Part shown: piece by piece, positions 11,601-25,900 of the stretch
How the letters are laid out: the number at the start of each line of letters is the position of its first letter
Position numbering within the stretch: the stretch's first letter is position 1
Source of the DNA: Octopus sinensis
Lineage: Eukaryota
Direction of reading: 5' to 3'
Length of the DNA: 64,000 nucleotides
Assembly: GCF_006345805.1 (NCBI RefSeq)
Contig: NC_043001.1
Location: forward strand, 122,388,001 to 122,452,000
Made by a program: the position numbers and the translations under genes
The notes under the pieces: generated by a model
What the model was told of the DNA's origin: nothing
Databases searched by the model: none
What the model saw: the letters and a program-made list of their open reading frames with translations, nothing else

Positions 11601-14600
11601 CACACAGACACACACACAGACAAACTGCCGTTTATATATATATATATATTTAATAACGAACCATGTAATTCACACTGAAAAATTTATTTATGTAAAATGG
11701 GAATGGGTAAAATTTCCGAGGCTTCCACCTCACCTCACCTCACCCCGTTTTCCGAACACAAAAAGGGTTTTGTAGCTTATTAGGAAGTCACAGGAATTCA
11801 TTCAACGAAAAAAAAATCTCAAAGATTCCGGGATTGGGGAAGGGTAGGCCACGCCCCACCCCTTTTTTCCGAACAAGAATAAGGGATTTGTAGCATATTA
11901 GGAGGTCAGAGTACTTGATTTCACGCAAAAAAGATCCGATTTTTATTTCTTTTCCTTCGTGAAAATCGTATGGGTGAAAAGATCAAGGGGGTGGAGGTGA
12001 AATTTCCGAGGTTCAACCTCACCCCCACCCCATTTTTTGGAATCGATAAAGGTTTTTGTAGCACATTAGGAGGTCACAGGAATTCATTCAACGAAAACAA
12101 AATTCCAATGATTCCGGGATGGGAAGGGGGGCACCCTCGCCCTACCCACTTTTTTCCGAACCAGAATAAGGGATTTGCAGCATATTAGGAGGTCGGGGTA
12201 CTTGATTCCACGCAAAAAGTCCGAGTTTTTTTTCTTTTTTCTTAGTGAAAGTCGTGCGGGTGTTAATCTAAAAATTTACCTTTTGTTTTTTTCTTTCTCG
12301 CTGTTGCTAGACAGGTGACTTAACTCATATTAGCAAACCTTCGGATTTCACCGACGTGGAAATTGGTAAATGTTATGGTTGAAAAATGATTTTTACCACT
12401 ATCCGCGGCTGCCTCGGGGAAATTAAGTTGACAAAAGCACAGCCATGATCGTGACCAATGTCCTAAAATTGGAGCTACATGCGTGCTAATTTGCAGACGT
12501 GCATAAATTACATTCACGTACACACACACACATCCTGCCTTTTATTGATAAATAGATACATTGATAAATAAGTGATTTATAATAAATATATTTTAATTGT
12601 TGTGTGAGAAAATATATAATCTGATTATAAAATATATTGTCTTTCAAAACATCCCAAAATTGAAGACTATATCTCGTGTTTAAGAAAAAAATTACATTTT
12701 TATTTTTGATGAACACTGTCACTTACCCTCTCCCCCCTCTCTCTCTCTCTACCCCTCTCCCCCTCTCTATCTCTCACACACACACATGCACTCTCATTCC
12801 GCTATTGCAAGAAGGGGACTTAACTCATGTTAGGAAACTTCGAAATTGGTAAAAGTTATGGTTGAAAATCGATTTTTACCGCTATCCGCAGTACCAGGCA
12901 GTGGCTCTCATGACTAAACTGATTTGATCTAAACTGATTTGAAGTGTTATCATGTACATGTTTTGTTGTGGTATAAAAGATGGGATACAGCAAATATTCT
13001 GTTTAATACCACAGATTTGTTTGTCACTTGAGCATGTCCCTTGGTGGTTGACGATATATCTCTGATCACGAGCAGAAATAGTGGGTGAGAATCATAGCCA
13101 TGTACTGAGAGGAATTCTTTGGGGTTTGAATAATACATCTCTGGAAACATGGGTGTTTCTTCCGAATCCTTAAACAACCTTTATTCAGAGACCTTTTGAG
13201 CGAAAAGGGCAACTCGACCTAAAGAAAGTTCTAACTGGGCCTCACATGCAAGGTCATACACTGTATCGCGCACATATAGTTATGATGCATGTGCCTGGTG
13301 TACGATTAGTCATGATGGGTATATTGGGCTTCGTATATTTGTATCCCAGAATCACATTTGATGGCACGTGCTGCTCTTTCACTCAATAATAATAAGTATT
13401 TTTATTATTTGGCTGTTCTATACTGCACTTCTTGTGCAATTCCCAATGTATTCAATCTGCTAGTTTGTCAAAGAGGTTTTTGTCATCGTTTTGAGCTACA
13501 TTTGAGCATCTACTATTTATATATCTAAATGTCTCAGATGATTTTCTGCATAAAAGTCAACCATTTGTTATTCATGGAATGACCTCAAACTTTACGATAA
13601 AGATGAAGCCCAAGTCAGTTCCCTCGTTGATACGATGTATACCTTCAGTGCTGATATCATAATAGAGTTCAGACTGAGAAAGTGTGGTGTGTTAGTCTTG
13701 AAGAGAGGCAAAATCAAATGTATGGACGGGCTAACGATAACGTCGGGAGAGGTTATGAAGTAGATAGAAAAGACGGGCTAGAAGTACTTAGGGATTTTGG
13801 CAATGGATAAATTGATGGAGAAAGAAATGACAGAAAAATTTAAGGTGGAGTACTTGCACAGACTGAGACTGATCCTTAAGGCGAAATTAAATGGACGGAA
13901 TAAGATCGAAGCTATAAACATTTGGGTGGTTTCACTAATTACATATGGAGCAGGGTAATCGCATGGACAGTAGACGAACTAAACAGCTTAGACAGAAAGA
14001 CAAGGAAGTTGCTAACTAGATATAGGTCACTCCACCCCAAAAAGTGACACAGACAGACTGTATGTACCAAGAAGAAGAGGGGGAAGATGACTTACTGGAT
14101 GCAAACACAGCATTAGAGCAGAAGAAAACACCATAGCATGGTATGTAAAAAAATGCCACAGAACCGCTATTATTAGAAGTAAGAAGGTTAGGCTTGTGTA
14201 GGATGAAAGATTGCAATGCTAAAGCACTATACAAGAAATTGAGAATGAATGAAACTGAAAATAGGTGGGTAAAGAAAAGAATGCATGGCAAATTTTATAG
14301 GGATGTTGAAAATAAGACAGACAAAGAAAAAATATGGCTATGGATGACTAAAAGTGATTTAAAACCGGAAACGGAGGCTCTAATCTGTGCTGCACAAGAG
14401 CAAACACAAAGAACAAACTACATGAAATATAGAATAGACAACACAGCAGAAAGTGATAAACGCAGAATCTGTGGACAAAACGGTGAAACCGTATGGCATA
14501 TTACTAGCCAATGTACACCACTAGCTGAGAAGGCATATAAGAGACGCCACGACAATATAGCCAGGCTTGTCCATTGGACACTTTGCAACAAGTATGGACT

Positions 14601-15109
14601 TGACAGCAAAAAATTGGCATGACCACAAACCTGAAGGCTTCGTCGAAAATAGAAATGCAAAGATCATATATTTTATGATTCAGTGCGACCATGAGATAGA
14701 GAATAGGAAGCCGGATATAGTCTGAATTGAGAAAGAAAACAAACTATGCTGCATCATAAATATAGCATGCCCAGCTGATAACACGGTATGCGATAAGGAA
14801 AAAAGAAAAGTCGAGAGATATGAGAGGTTAGCTTGGGAAGGTAAGCAGTTGTGGTCGATGAAAAAGGTAGCAGTAGTACCAATAATTGTCGGAGCCCAGG
14901 GAACAGTGAGCAAAAATCTTGAGAAATACGTGGAAAAAATAGGGGCTGCAATAATGGTGGAGCACTTGCAGAAAACAGCACTGCTTGGAACCGCTCGAAT
15001 ACTCCGGAAGGTGCTCGAAGAATAAGAGGTGGTTAGTTCACTGGTAGTGAACAGCTGACATCTCCAGCGTTAGAAGCTGTGCAAAGGCAATAATAAAAAA
15101 ATAATAATA

Positions 15110-15161
<52 letters not shown>

Positions 15162-15901
15162 CAGAAAAGTGAATATAACATATAGGTGATGTTAAAATAC
15201 ATATTTTGCCTACCTTGTTAATAATGCTGTGACTTTGGCTTATACATTTTCTAAATATTTTTGCGGCAGGAGTTTTGTTGAAAATGAAGTCTGTCCATAA
15301 CCACGGAGATATTAATCGGCGAGAGAATATTTGGGTTATCCTAAAATATTACACAAAATGGTTTATTAAGTAGTTTACTGTTAAAATTAGTTATCCACAT
15401 ACGTATTTTGTAGTGTCGTTTGTGGTGCTACGGAGATGTAGAAACACCAAAACGGGTTGTCAAGCGGTGGCGGAGGACAAACATTGATATAAGGACACAT
15501 ACGCAGATATATATACATATACATATATGCGTTGGGATTTTTTCAGTTTCCGTCTATCAACTCCACCTACAAAGCTTTTGCCGACCCGAGGCGATAGTAG
15601 AAGACAAATGACCAAGGGGCAACGCAGTGGAACCATATGATTGGGAATGCAAGCTTCTTATTTTTTTACTGCCCGCATAGAGGGGACAAACAAGCACAGA
15701 CAAACGGATTAAGTCGATTATATCGACCCCAGTGCGTAACTGGTACTTATTTAATCGACCCCGAAAGGATGAAAGGCAAAGTCGACCTTGGTGGAATTTG
15801 AACTCAAAACGTAGCGGCAGACGAAATACCGCTAGGCATTTCGCCCGGCTTGCTAACGTTTCTTACCACACAGCCACACCTGCACCTATACACACACAAA
15901 C

Positions 15902-15988
<87 letters not shown>

Positions 15989-16063
15989 ATAATATTAGGA
16001 TATTAGGGAGTAAATCCAAACTTACAGGGAAAATTAGATTTAGGATTAAATATAATTTTATAG

Positions 16064-16118
<55 letters not shown>

Positions 16119-17884
16119 TTAGAGATAAAACCACTATTAGGCAAATCAAACAGTGAAAATCATAAACCAATACATAGAAATAAAATTAATTAATAAAATA
16201 TATAAAATATAAAATTCAAAATTTAAATTATTAAAATTAATAATTTATACTTATTTCAAATCGCCTAAACAAACAAATTGAAAGCAGTGAAAAGTCCCGC
16301 CTGAAAATAAAACTGCTGGAAATTGAAAAATGTCTGCAACTCTCCCATGAAAAGGAAAGAGCAGACAAAGAAGCCTGGACTATAGACAACATAAAATCTA
16401 ACCCCAGAACTTTCTACAGGTATGCCAAAGAAACAACTACGGTGCACTGTAGGATAGGGCCACTCCTTGAAAAGGATGGCACACTCACAGGAAATCCAAT
16501 GGGGGTAAGTGAAATACTAAATGAGCAATTCAAGAGTGTTTTCACTCCACCCCTTGGGCATTTCCAATCAGCAATCCAACTGACTTATTTACCACTGCAG
16601 ATATAAAATCAGAGGCTGCGACGATTGATTACATCAATATAAAGGAAGACGATGTAATAAAGGCTATAGATGAAATGAAAACAAACTCAGCTACTGGCCC
16701 CGATGGATTCCCGGCAATCCTTCTAAAAGTATGTAAGAGAGTCCTAGCAAGACCACTGCAGTTCCTCTTTCAGAGCTTCATTGCAACTGGCAAACTTCCA
16801 AGAAAACTGAAGGAAGGTAAAATATGGCCTATTCATAAAGGAGGTAGCAGAGCGGATGCCAAGAACTACAGACCTATCAGCAAGGTCATGGAACGAATAG
16901 TCAGAAGGGAACTAGTCACCTTCCTTGAAGAAAATGACTTGCTGCCTGACACCCAACATGGTTTCCGACCAGGAAGAAGCTGCTTAACTCAGCTCCTACA
17001 ACACTATGACTGGGTGCTGAAACGACTGCTCAACCACTCAAATGTAGAAGTGATATATCTCGACTTTGCAAAGGCCTTTGATAAAGTCGATCATGGAATG
17101 ATATGTCACAAACTGCGTGATCTTGGCATAGTTGGAAAATTGGGAGAATGGCTTCATGACTTTCTGAAGGATAGAAGTCAGGTGGTAGTAGCCAATGGTG
17201 TCACTTCCATTAACACGCAAATAGTGAGCGGTGTTCCGCAGGACACTGTTTTGGGACCACTACTGTTCATAATGGCCCTCTCAGACATGCCCTCAGCCAC
17301 GCAGAGAGCCACGATCACAAGTTATGCAGATGATGCAAAAGTTTCACAGGCAATACAGAACCCTGAAGACACTAAGCACCTGCAATGTGAGCTGGACAAA
17401 ATATACAAGTGGGCTGAAAAGAATAGCATGCAGTTCAATGCTGAAAAGTTTCAAGCTTTATGCTATCAGCATGCAAAACTAAATGCAGTACCCAATGAGG
17501 GATTGCAATCCCAGAGGCACAATCAGTGCGTGACCTGGGTATTTACATGAGTGATGACGCAACCTTTCATGTACATGTTGCTAAATTGGCAATGAAATGT
17601 AGACGGCTGGCCGGATGGATTCTTAGAACCTTTAGAACAAGAGAACAAGAAACCATGATGGTCCTCTGGAGGACACTTGTCCTAAGCCACTTTGACTATT
17701 GCTCTCAGCTATGGTCACCATCCAGTGTCAAGTTGATCACAGAACTTGAGGCGATCCAACGAAGCTACACGAAGAAGATAGCCTCTGTGCAGCATATAAG
17801 CTACTGGGAAAGACTCAAGAGATTAAAAGCGGTGCTCCAGCATGGCCGCAGTCAAATGACTGAAACAAGTAAAAGAGTAAAAGA

Positions 17885-17916
<32 letters not shown>

Positions 17917-18534
17917 TGGCTATATATATATATATATATATATATATAGCTGGCCAAGTGGAGGCCTGCACCAGACTTCTGTCTGTTTTGGCAATATTTT
18001 TACAGTGGGATGCCCTTCCTAACGCCAACCATCCAGCAGAGTGGGCTCCCAGTAGAATTAACATGTAAGTTATGTTAATAGATCTATGAGCCTCCTGGCT
18101 TTTGATGTTGCATTTAATTACTTTATATGTACTATTAGTGTAAGACAAACTGAGTTTCAGTGTAACAGCACAACTAAGTATATGGCATCGCCATAGATGT
18201 ACATAGCAAACCTCAACATTGCATTTTTTTTTAATCGGCAGTATGAAATATGACATAGGTTGGTATATCACTTCCATCAGCTGTTTGTTGCTAGATACAT
18301 TTTTACATTTTTCCAAGTACCATGTACATTACTCAGTTGCAAATGGCAAGGTCTATAAGGGGATTTCATTTTTGCTAAGGAGTGGCTGTGTGGTAAGTAA
18401 CTTGCTTACCAACCACATAGTTCCGGGTTCATTCCCACTGCGTGGCACCTTGGGCAAGTGTCTTCTACTATAGCCTCGGGCCGACCAAAGCCTTGTGAGT
18501 GGATTTGGTAGGCGGAAACTGAAAGAAGCCTGTG

Positions 18535-18597
<63 letters not shown>

Positions 18598-18812
18598 CTT
18601 GTGTATCTGTGTTTGTTCCCCATCATCGCTTGACAACCGATGCTGGTGCGTTTACATCCCCGTAACCTAGCGGTTCGGCAAAAGATACCGACAGAATAAG
18701 TACTAGGTTTACAAAGAATAAGTCCTGGGGTCTATTTGCTCGACTAAAGGTGATGCTCCAGCATGGCCGCAGTCAAATGACTGAAACAAGTAAAAGAGTA
18801 AAAGAGTTATAA

Positions 18813-18853
<41 letters not shown>

Positions 18854-18876
18854 ATATATTATATATATATATATAA

Positions 18877-18936
<60 letters not shown>

Positions 18937-19906
18937 TATTATTATTATTATTATTATTATTATTTTTATATATATATTTAACTAGCAAAAAGTATTAAAA
19001 GTTTAATATAAGATAAAGAGTAATTTTAAATTTAATAATTTAAATTTTGAATTTTATATTTTATAGGTTTTATTAATTTTATTTCTATGTATTGGTTTAT
19101 GATTTTCACTGTTTGATTTGCCTAATAGTGGTCTTATCTCTAATTTAATATATATATATATATGTATGTATGTATACATCCAAACATGTCTACGTTAATG
19201 TTTGGCCATGTTCACCACCACCGCTTCACAACCGATTTGGGTTTGCTTTAGTTTCTGTAAACTAGCGATTCATTAAAAAGATCATGACAGAATGAGTACA
19301 AGGCTTAAAAATACAAGTAACGAGGTATATTTGTTCGACTATACCCTTCAAGGCTGTACCCCAGCATGGGTGCAGTCGACTGGTTCAAACAAATAGGAGC
19401 TAAAAAATACATAAATCTCTGTCAGTGACCGATAAGTTTGCTGCGTTTGATGTGTGATTAAATATGTGTTTATCTCTTAAACAATCGCTGAATATAATTA
19501 ATAATTATTAATACACACGTGCGAGTACTATTTGTGTATTCTATTAGTTCACCTCCTTCTGTGAGACCAACGGCAACTTCTGAAATTATAATATAATATA
19601 ATGTAATATATGATATGATATAACTTAATATAATATTATAGACATGTGTGTATGTGTCTGTGTGTGTGTAATTGTTAAAGAGGACAACAAACGTTGAGGC
19701 AAGACAAACATCTCAAGTCATATACATTATTATTATTTGAAATCTGCAATGGCTCCATAACTACCGTCTCGGCTATAACCTTGGAGCCCAAGTAATCAGT
19801 TACAGCCCTTACCTAGCATACCTAGTCGTTTAGATCACCTGTGAACTAAACCTTCATATTATATATATATATATTTCGAAAACTATATATATACATATAC
19901 ATTTGA

Positions 19907-19970
<64 letters not shown>

Positions 19971-22900
19971 CGAAAACTATATATATATACATATACATTT
20001 GATTGTATGTATATATGTATTTATGTACATGTATATAAGAAGAAGAGGTGAAAATATACAGAATATGAGTGCATATAACATTTATTCTGTGTTAATACGA
20101 TGAAATAATGTGTTACTACAAGGAGCCTTCGTAAATTTCATTTGAATTCACTGTTAAGAAAAGAATTATTTATTAACATCCAATTGTAAGTGTATTTACT
20201 TATAGCTTTAATTCTGTGCGCCTGTTATTTAGGAATTTTAAATTTACCATCGAAAGTAAGTACGTTTCCTTGCTATTTTATTCACTATAAGTAAATGTAC
20301 CGTATACTAGCTGTTTCTCAATAACATTTCGATATAAGCTTTACATGTATCGTTTAAATTTGTATCTTTTTAATCTATCGTTTAAATTTGTGCTTTTTAA
20401 GTATCGTTTAAATTCATGTTTTTTATGCATCGCTTAAATTTGTGTTTTTTATGTTGTTAACTATTATGTAAATTTTTATCTGAGGTTAATCGAACTGAAT
20501 TATTTTGTTTCGCTCTTGCACTACTGGATACTTTTGAAGTCGATTGTGGAGTTCTTTTGTCATTGCCTTATTGAGCTACATTTTTCCTTGTTTCAAACAA
20601 TTTAAATTTTGATAATTGTGATTTTCTTAGTCTTAACTCGGATACCAAAGCCAAAAGTAAGTCAAAAGCCCAATAATTTACGTAAAATTCTCAAAAGAAT
20701 TTGTATTGACACCCGATAACCATTTACACTTCAGATTGTGCATCGTTGGAGTCAAATGTGATAAAAAGTATTTTGTTAAGTCACATAGAATGTGGAAAAA
20801 ACATTAAAACCATCTTAAGATGACTACAAAAATTAAGTAGCCACCTATCAAATGATTTGAATTTGTTAAAAGCGATAAATCTTGTAGTACAATGGCGATC
20901 AAAGTGTTTCTTGAGGCCGTCATTCCTTCGCACAAGCTCACTAAAGATATCTCGTTGAATCTATCAATAAGTGACTGCCATCCCAATCTACGTGCCGAAA
21001 ATATGTTGATATGATTAGTGCAAACATGGTTGAAAATTACAAGAGCTGCCTGGCTCATCAAAATGTATTGAGATCGATGACAAAAATTGTTAGTGTAGAT
21101 ATTGGTTCAGTTAAAAATCCGCAAAGCATGTTCTTAATAGAATGTTTGCCACTTGAATTATCTCTAACTGCCGCAGTCATCACTCAGATCGTCGATGATT
21201 CACTTAGAAGTATGGCGGTTCCAAGAGAGAAATTTTTCTGCTATCATTATCTGATGCTGCTTGTTATATGGTAGCTGCTGGAGGAACATTGCAAGTTATG
21301 TACTCTAAGCTCTTTATGTGACCTGCTTCTCCCACCTACTGCACAACTGTAGAAATAAAGGTTTTCTATCTTGAAATCGAATGTGTGATTGGCGCCGCCA
21401 AGGCTGCTACTGTAAAAATAAACACCGTTGAGAGCAATTCAAAACAAGCGGATACCCATCTCAGCCAGTAGTGACCAAGCGGGGGTTGCCGGTAGGATGC
21501 TTGCGATTACTATACCAACAACCTTGCAGAAGTTACAAAAATTGTAGAGACTTTTGAGGACGAAAGCATTTTGGTGCAGAGAGCGAAATAAGCTATTCGA
21601 AATCCTGAGATTATGACTAACCTCACACAAATCTGCTTAAACTATCTGCAGTTAAAAAAATTGATTTTGAAAATTGTATCAACAACCTTCACCATATATG
21701 ATGTTTATAAAAACCTCAAAGAATTGAAATTCAACAAAAGCCCATGTGGCATCATAAATTAGGTTGATTTTAGATTCAATAAAAACCAAATCAATTCGGT
21801 AATTCAGCTAATGAACCCCAAAATTTCACTCCAGGACTATGCAGATATGCAACAATGCCAAGCGGCATCAGCTGTAGAACGTAGTTTTTCGATGCTAACA
21901 AACGTCTTTGTAAAACAGAAATCTTTTGTCTACAAATATAAGGCATTATATATTGTACGATAATAAATTTCCACAATAATTACTTTTAATTGCTTTACTA
22001 ATATTCGTATATCAAAGTAATCAAAACTAGAGTGAACTCCCTAATGTTTATAGATTTATTAATAATAATATGATTAAAATAGGGTTACAATTTGTCAATA
22101 AAGTTTTAAAATAAAGTTAAAATGTATGAAAATAAGCTTAAAATCAAGCAATTTTTTACATTAAAAAATTGCTCTACTTACAACCTACCTGTTATAGTAG
22201 AATGTAAAAATTTCTTCATGTAAGTGGAAATGTTGATTTCTCTTTCACCGACCAATTTATCCATTTCGTTAAGTACTTTATTCGTTTGATTTTCAATTCG
22301 ATTTACGAAACAGTTTAAGATGTTGTAATTGAATGATGGCTTCAGTATCTTTGACGAGTGAACCCATCTTTCTTTTGGACTGAAAATATCAATGAAGAAA
22401 TATATTTGAATATTTTACTTATTTTTTTATTTATGTCATGAAAATGTAATTATTAACAAATTTTGTGGTGGGAAATGAAATATAAACTTTCGTTGATGTA
22501 ATTGTTCTTTAGGAAAAGTAAACTTTGGTTGATGTCATCGTTCTTTTGGCTCCTACGAACCCTGATCAAGCAGATCTAGGGGGAATATCATTCAAGCTAG
22601 GAATATCCCATATAGAATCTTGGCTTGAAAGAGACAGAATAGGGACTTAATTGTTGACATGAACCTGAGATTTTATTTAAACATAGTAAGCTACATGATC
22701 TTTTCCATCATTGACTAAGGAGAAAGAGCTGGCAGCTTTATACCCCCATTATTAACATGAAGTGTATGAATTTATTTACTAATTCGCTCGGACTACTGGA
22801 AATAAAAGCATTTTTCCAATAAATTATATGCAACCATCTTACATAGATAAGAACACATTTGATAATGCAATCTTTGGTGCACTATGACTCATTAAAAAGG

Positions 22901-25900
22901 CACTATGACCACGACTAGAATTTTTTTAATCATAATAATAGCCTGCATGAATTCCAGTAAAGGTTGGCTCTTTTCAGTAACCTTCCAACACGCTCTGACC
23001 AGTGCATTTCTTCATTTCTTGCTTCTATACGATCTCTATCATCTTTACTTTCTTTGCTGCTTCCAATTTAAGGTTTACCTTTTTAGATATTCCCATTAAC
23101 CTTCTTAATATATAATCAACTGTTCTCAGTTTACATCCAACGATTTGTTTTCCAATGGGTTCTTACTTGTATTTCGAGTGGAGATCTTTGTTGCACACGA
23201 TTTCAGGATTTAGTACTTCATCTCTCGTAACAGACTATGAACTGGAAAAAAAGTGTCATATTTTAAAAGTAAAAGGAAGAAATCTCATCAGCAATGCTTC
23301 AGTCTTTCGTGGTGCTGTAGACCACAGGTATCCACACAAATACGACTGCAGAATTTGCAGAGAATATCTTTGGCAGACATGTTGTAGTGGAGCTTGCATT
23401 AGGTTTTTGTCTTTTCATGTTCAGTGTTTCTTTTCAGTTCGATTCTCCAGCTATTATTTCTATTCTACCATTTCATTAAGATATCATTTGAAAAGTCATT
23501 ATAATGGATTTTCAGGCAACCTCTTCGAAGGCTTCCACATTTCCACTCTTGGTAGAAAAGAGCCATGGCAACAAGGTGTGGTCTCTCTTTAGATGACATG
23601 TCCTACCCAGCGCAGCTGTGATTCCAGCATAGGCTCTGTTACACATTCATATCTATGCGTGGGCGTGCGTGTGTGGAATGCGTCCCCGCTTTTGGAACTA
23701 TTTTATAAGTATTACTACGCTGTGTCTAAGGTATATAAATACCACTATGCTGAATGTTGGACAGTTGGTGTAACATGCAAAGCGAATAAACACATAAATC
23801 GATATATGCCTTCAATTGGGTTGTTCATCACCCATCAGAACGAAACGACACATAACATGGTGGCAGTGGTAAATAATTAATCAGAAACTGTGCCTTTACA
23901 ACAAAACAGAAACACAATGAACCAGAAATTTAACAAACAAAACATCGCTTCGTCTTCGGACACACATATACGAGGTTCCAAAATGGCGACCCCCGTCACC
24001 GTACAGATGAATTTGCATCCAACCATGAACTGGAACTCCGATGATATCGTGGAAGCGTTTAAGAAATTTAAAAAGAAAACTCAACTAGCTTTCAAAAGTT
24101 TCCTGAAAGGTACAACCGCCGAAGAAAAGGTAAGCTACATTCTTTTATGGACGGGAGAGAAGGGCCAAGACCTATTCAATAGCTGGGACATGTCAGAATC
24201 GGATTGCAATAACCCAGACACACCTTTAGAGAAATTTGAAAGGCACCTAGAGCCCAGGTCGAACCATAGAATTCACAGATACGAATTCCAGGGCCTGAAA
24301 CAAGACCCATAAGAAACGATTGACAACTTGCTGTCCAGACTAAAGAATGTTGCCGAAAAATGCAAATTCAAAGATAAAGACGAAAGAATTGTTGATCAAT
24401 TAATATGGGGGTGTGCTCATAAAGAAGTTCAGAAATCCCTCATAGGTAAGGACGCTCTCCAGTTGATAGAAGCAGTAGACACTGCAAGAGCATTCGAAGC
24501 TACTACCAAACAAATGGCCTCACTTACCTTACAAACAAGCTCACTAGGCAGCAGTGTAGATATTGTATCTAGGCACACGACGAAACATACCCGCAGACAA
24601 AGAACATGCCAATACTGTGGTACGGAGCATGAGTTCAATAACCGGAAGAAATGTCCTGCTTTCGGTACATACTGCAAAGCATGTGGAAAACCCAACCACT
24701 GGGGAAAAATGTGTAGGCTAACAAAATCCCAGAAAAACAAGCCCCAATTTTCAAAGAGGAGCGGAAATAGAAAAAGAGATATACATGCCCAACAACAAGA
24801 ACAAAACACCTCAGAGGAATTCTTCGCAGTCGGCACAATAAATGTGGATGAGATGGGAAATGACCAGAAAAAAAATGAGGCATACACAACGATACGAATA
24901 CAAAAGAAGTCTGGCAAGAAACGAATGAACATTGACTTAAGGCTGAAGATTGACACTGGAGCCCCGAGTGATATCTTGCCTGTCAACCTTTACAAAAAGA
25001 TGTTCCCAGAACACATGACACAAGAGGATGAAGTCAAAGAAGGAATCCTCACACCAAGTGATGTAATCCTCACTGCGTACGGAGGTACCAGGATTCCACA
25101 ACTGGGCAAAACCACAATTACAGGGACACACAAAGGAAAAATAATCAAGTGTTCTTTTTATGTCACAAGAACAGAAGGACCGGCAATTCTTGGAATCAAT
25201 ACCTGTAAAAAGCTTAATATTGTGTCAATCAATGGTGAAGTGAAGGCAGCTCCAAGCAGGATTGACAGAGATATGCCTATCAAAGAACGATCACCAATCA
25301 CAAACAAAGAGGAACTGATAAGCATGTACCCTGAATTCTTTGACGATACAGTCGGGTGCTTTGTGAAATGTCGATACCATATAACAGTCGACCCCAATAT
25401 CAAACCAATTGTTCACCCACCTCGCCGCGTCCCTCTAGAACTAAAAGATAAGCTGAAGACAGAGTTGGACAGAATGGAAAAAAAATAAATAATCACCAAA
25501 GTGACACGACCAACAGACTGGGTGAATTCAATTGTAATCAAGGAAAAACCCAATGGTACCCTATGGATATGCCTCGACCCAAGGGACCTGAACAAGGAAT
25601 TAAAAAGAGAGTACCATCCAATTCCAACCCCTGAAGAAATCACACCATCATTGGCTGGGTCCAAAATATTCAGCAAACTGGATGCCAGTAATGGGTACTG
25701 GAATGTAAAGATAGACAAAGCGTCATCCATGCTCACTATCTTCAACACACCATTTGGCAGATATCGATTCAACCGACTCTCATTTGGATTGAAGGTGAGC
25801 CAAGATGTTTTCCAGCGCCAAATAGATGAGACCTACCAAGGCTGCAAGGGAGCAATTGGGATAGCAGATGACATCTAAGTGCATGGCAAGGATGAAATCA

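Noticed and set aside
19750-19825. Hammerhead-like CTGATTA...GAGACGGTA on the minus strand
   Set aside because: Both core boxes are mutated and the stems do not close consistently.
22400-23630. ORFs 22905..23099 and 23155..23592 as genes or a recognisable transposon
   Set aside because: No recognisable motifs or splice context; left unassigned intron sequence.
23593-23880. ORFs 23593..23880 and 28414..28632 as duplicated small genes
   Set aside because: They are simply translations of the two LTRs.
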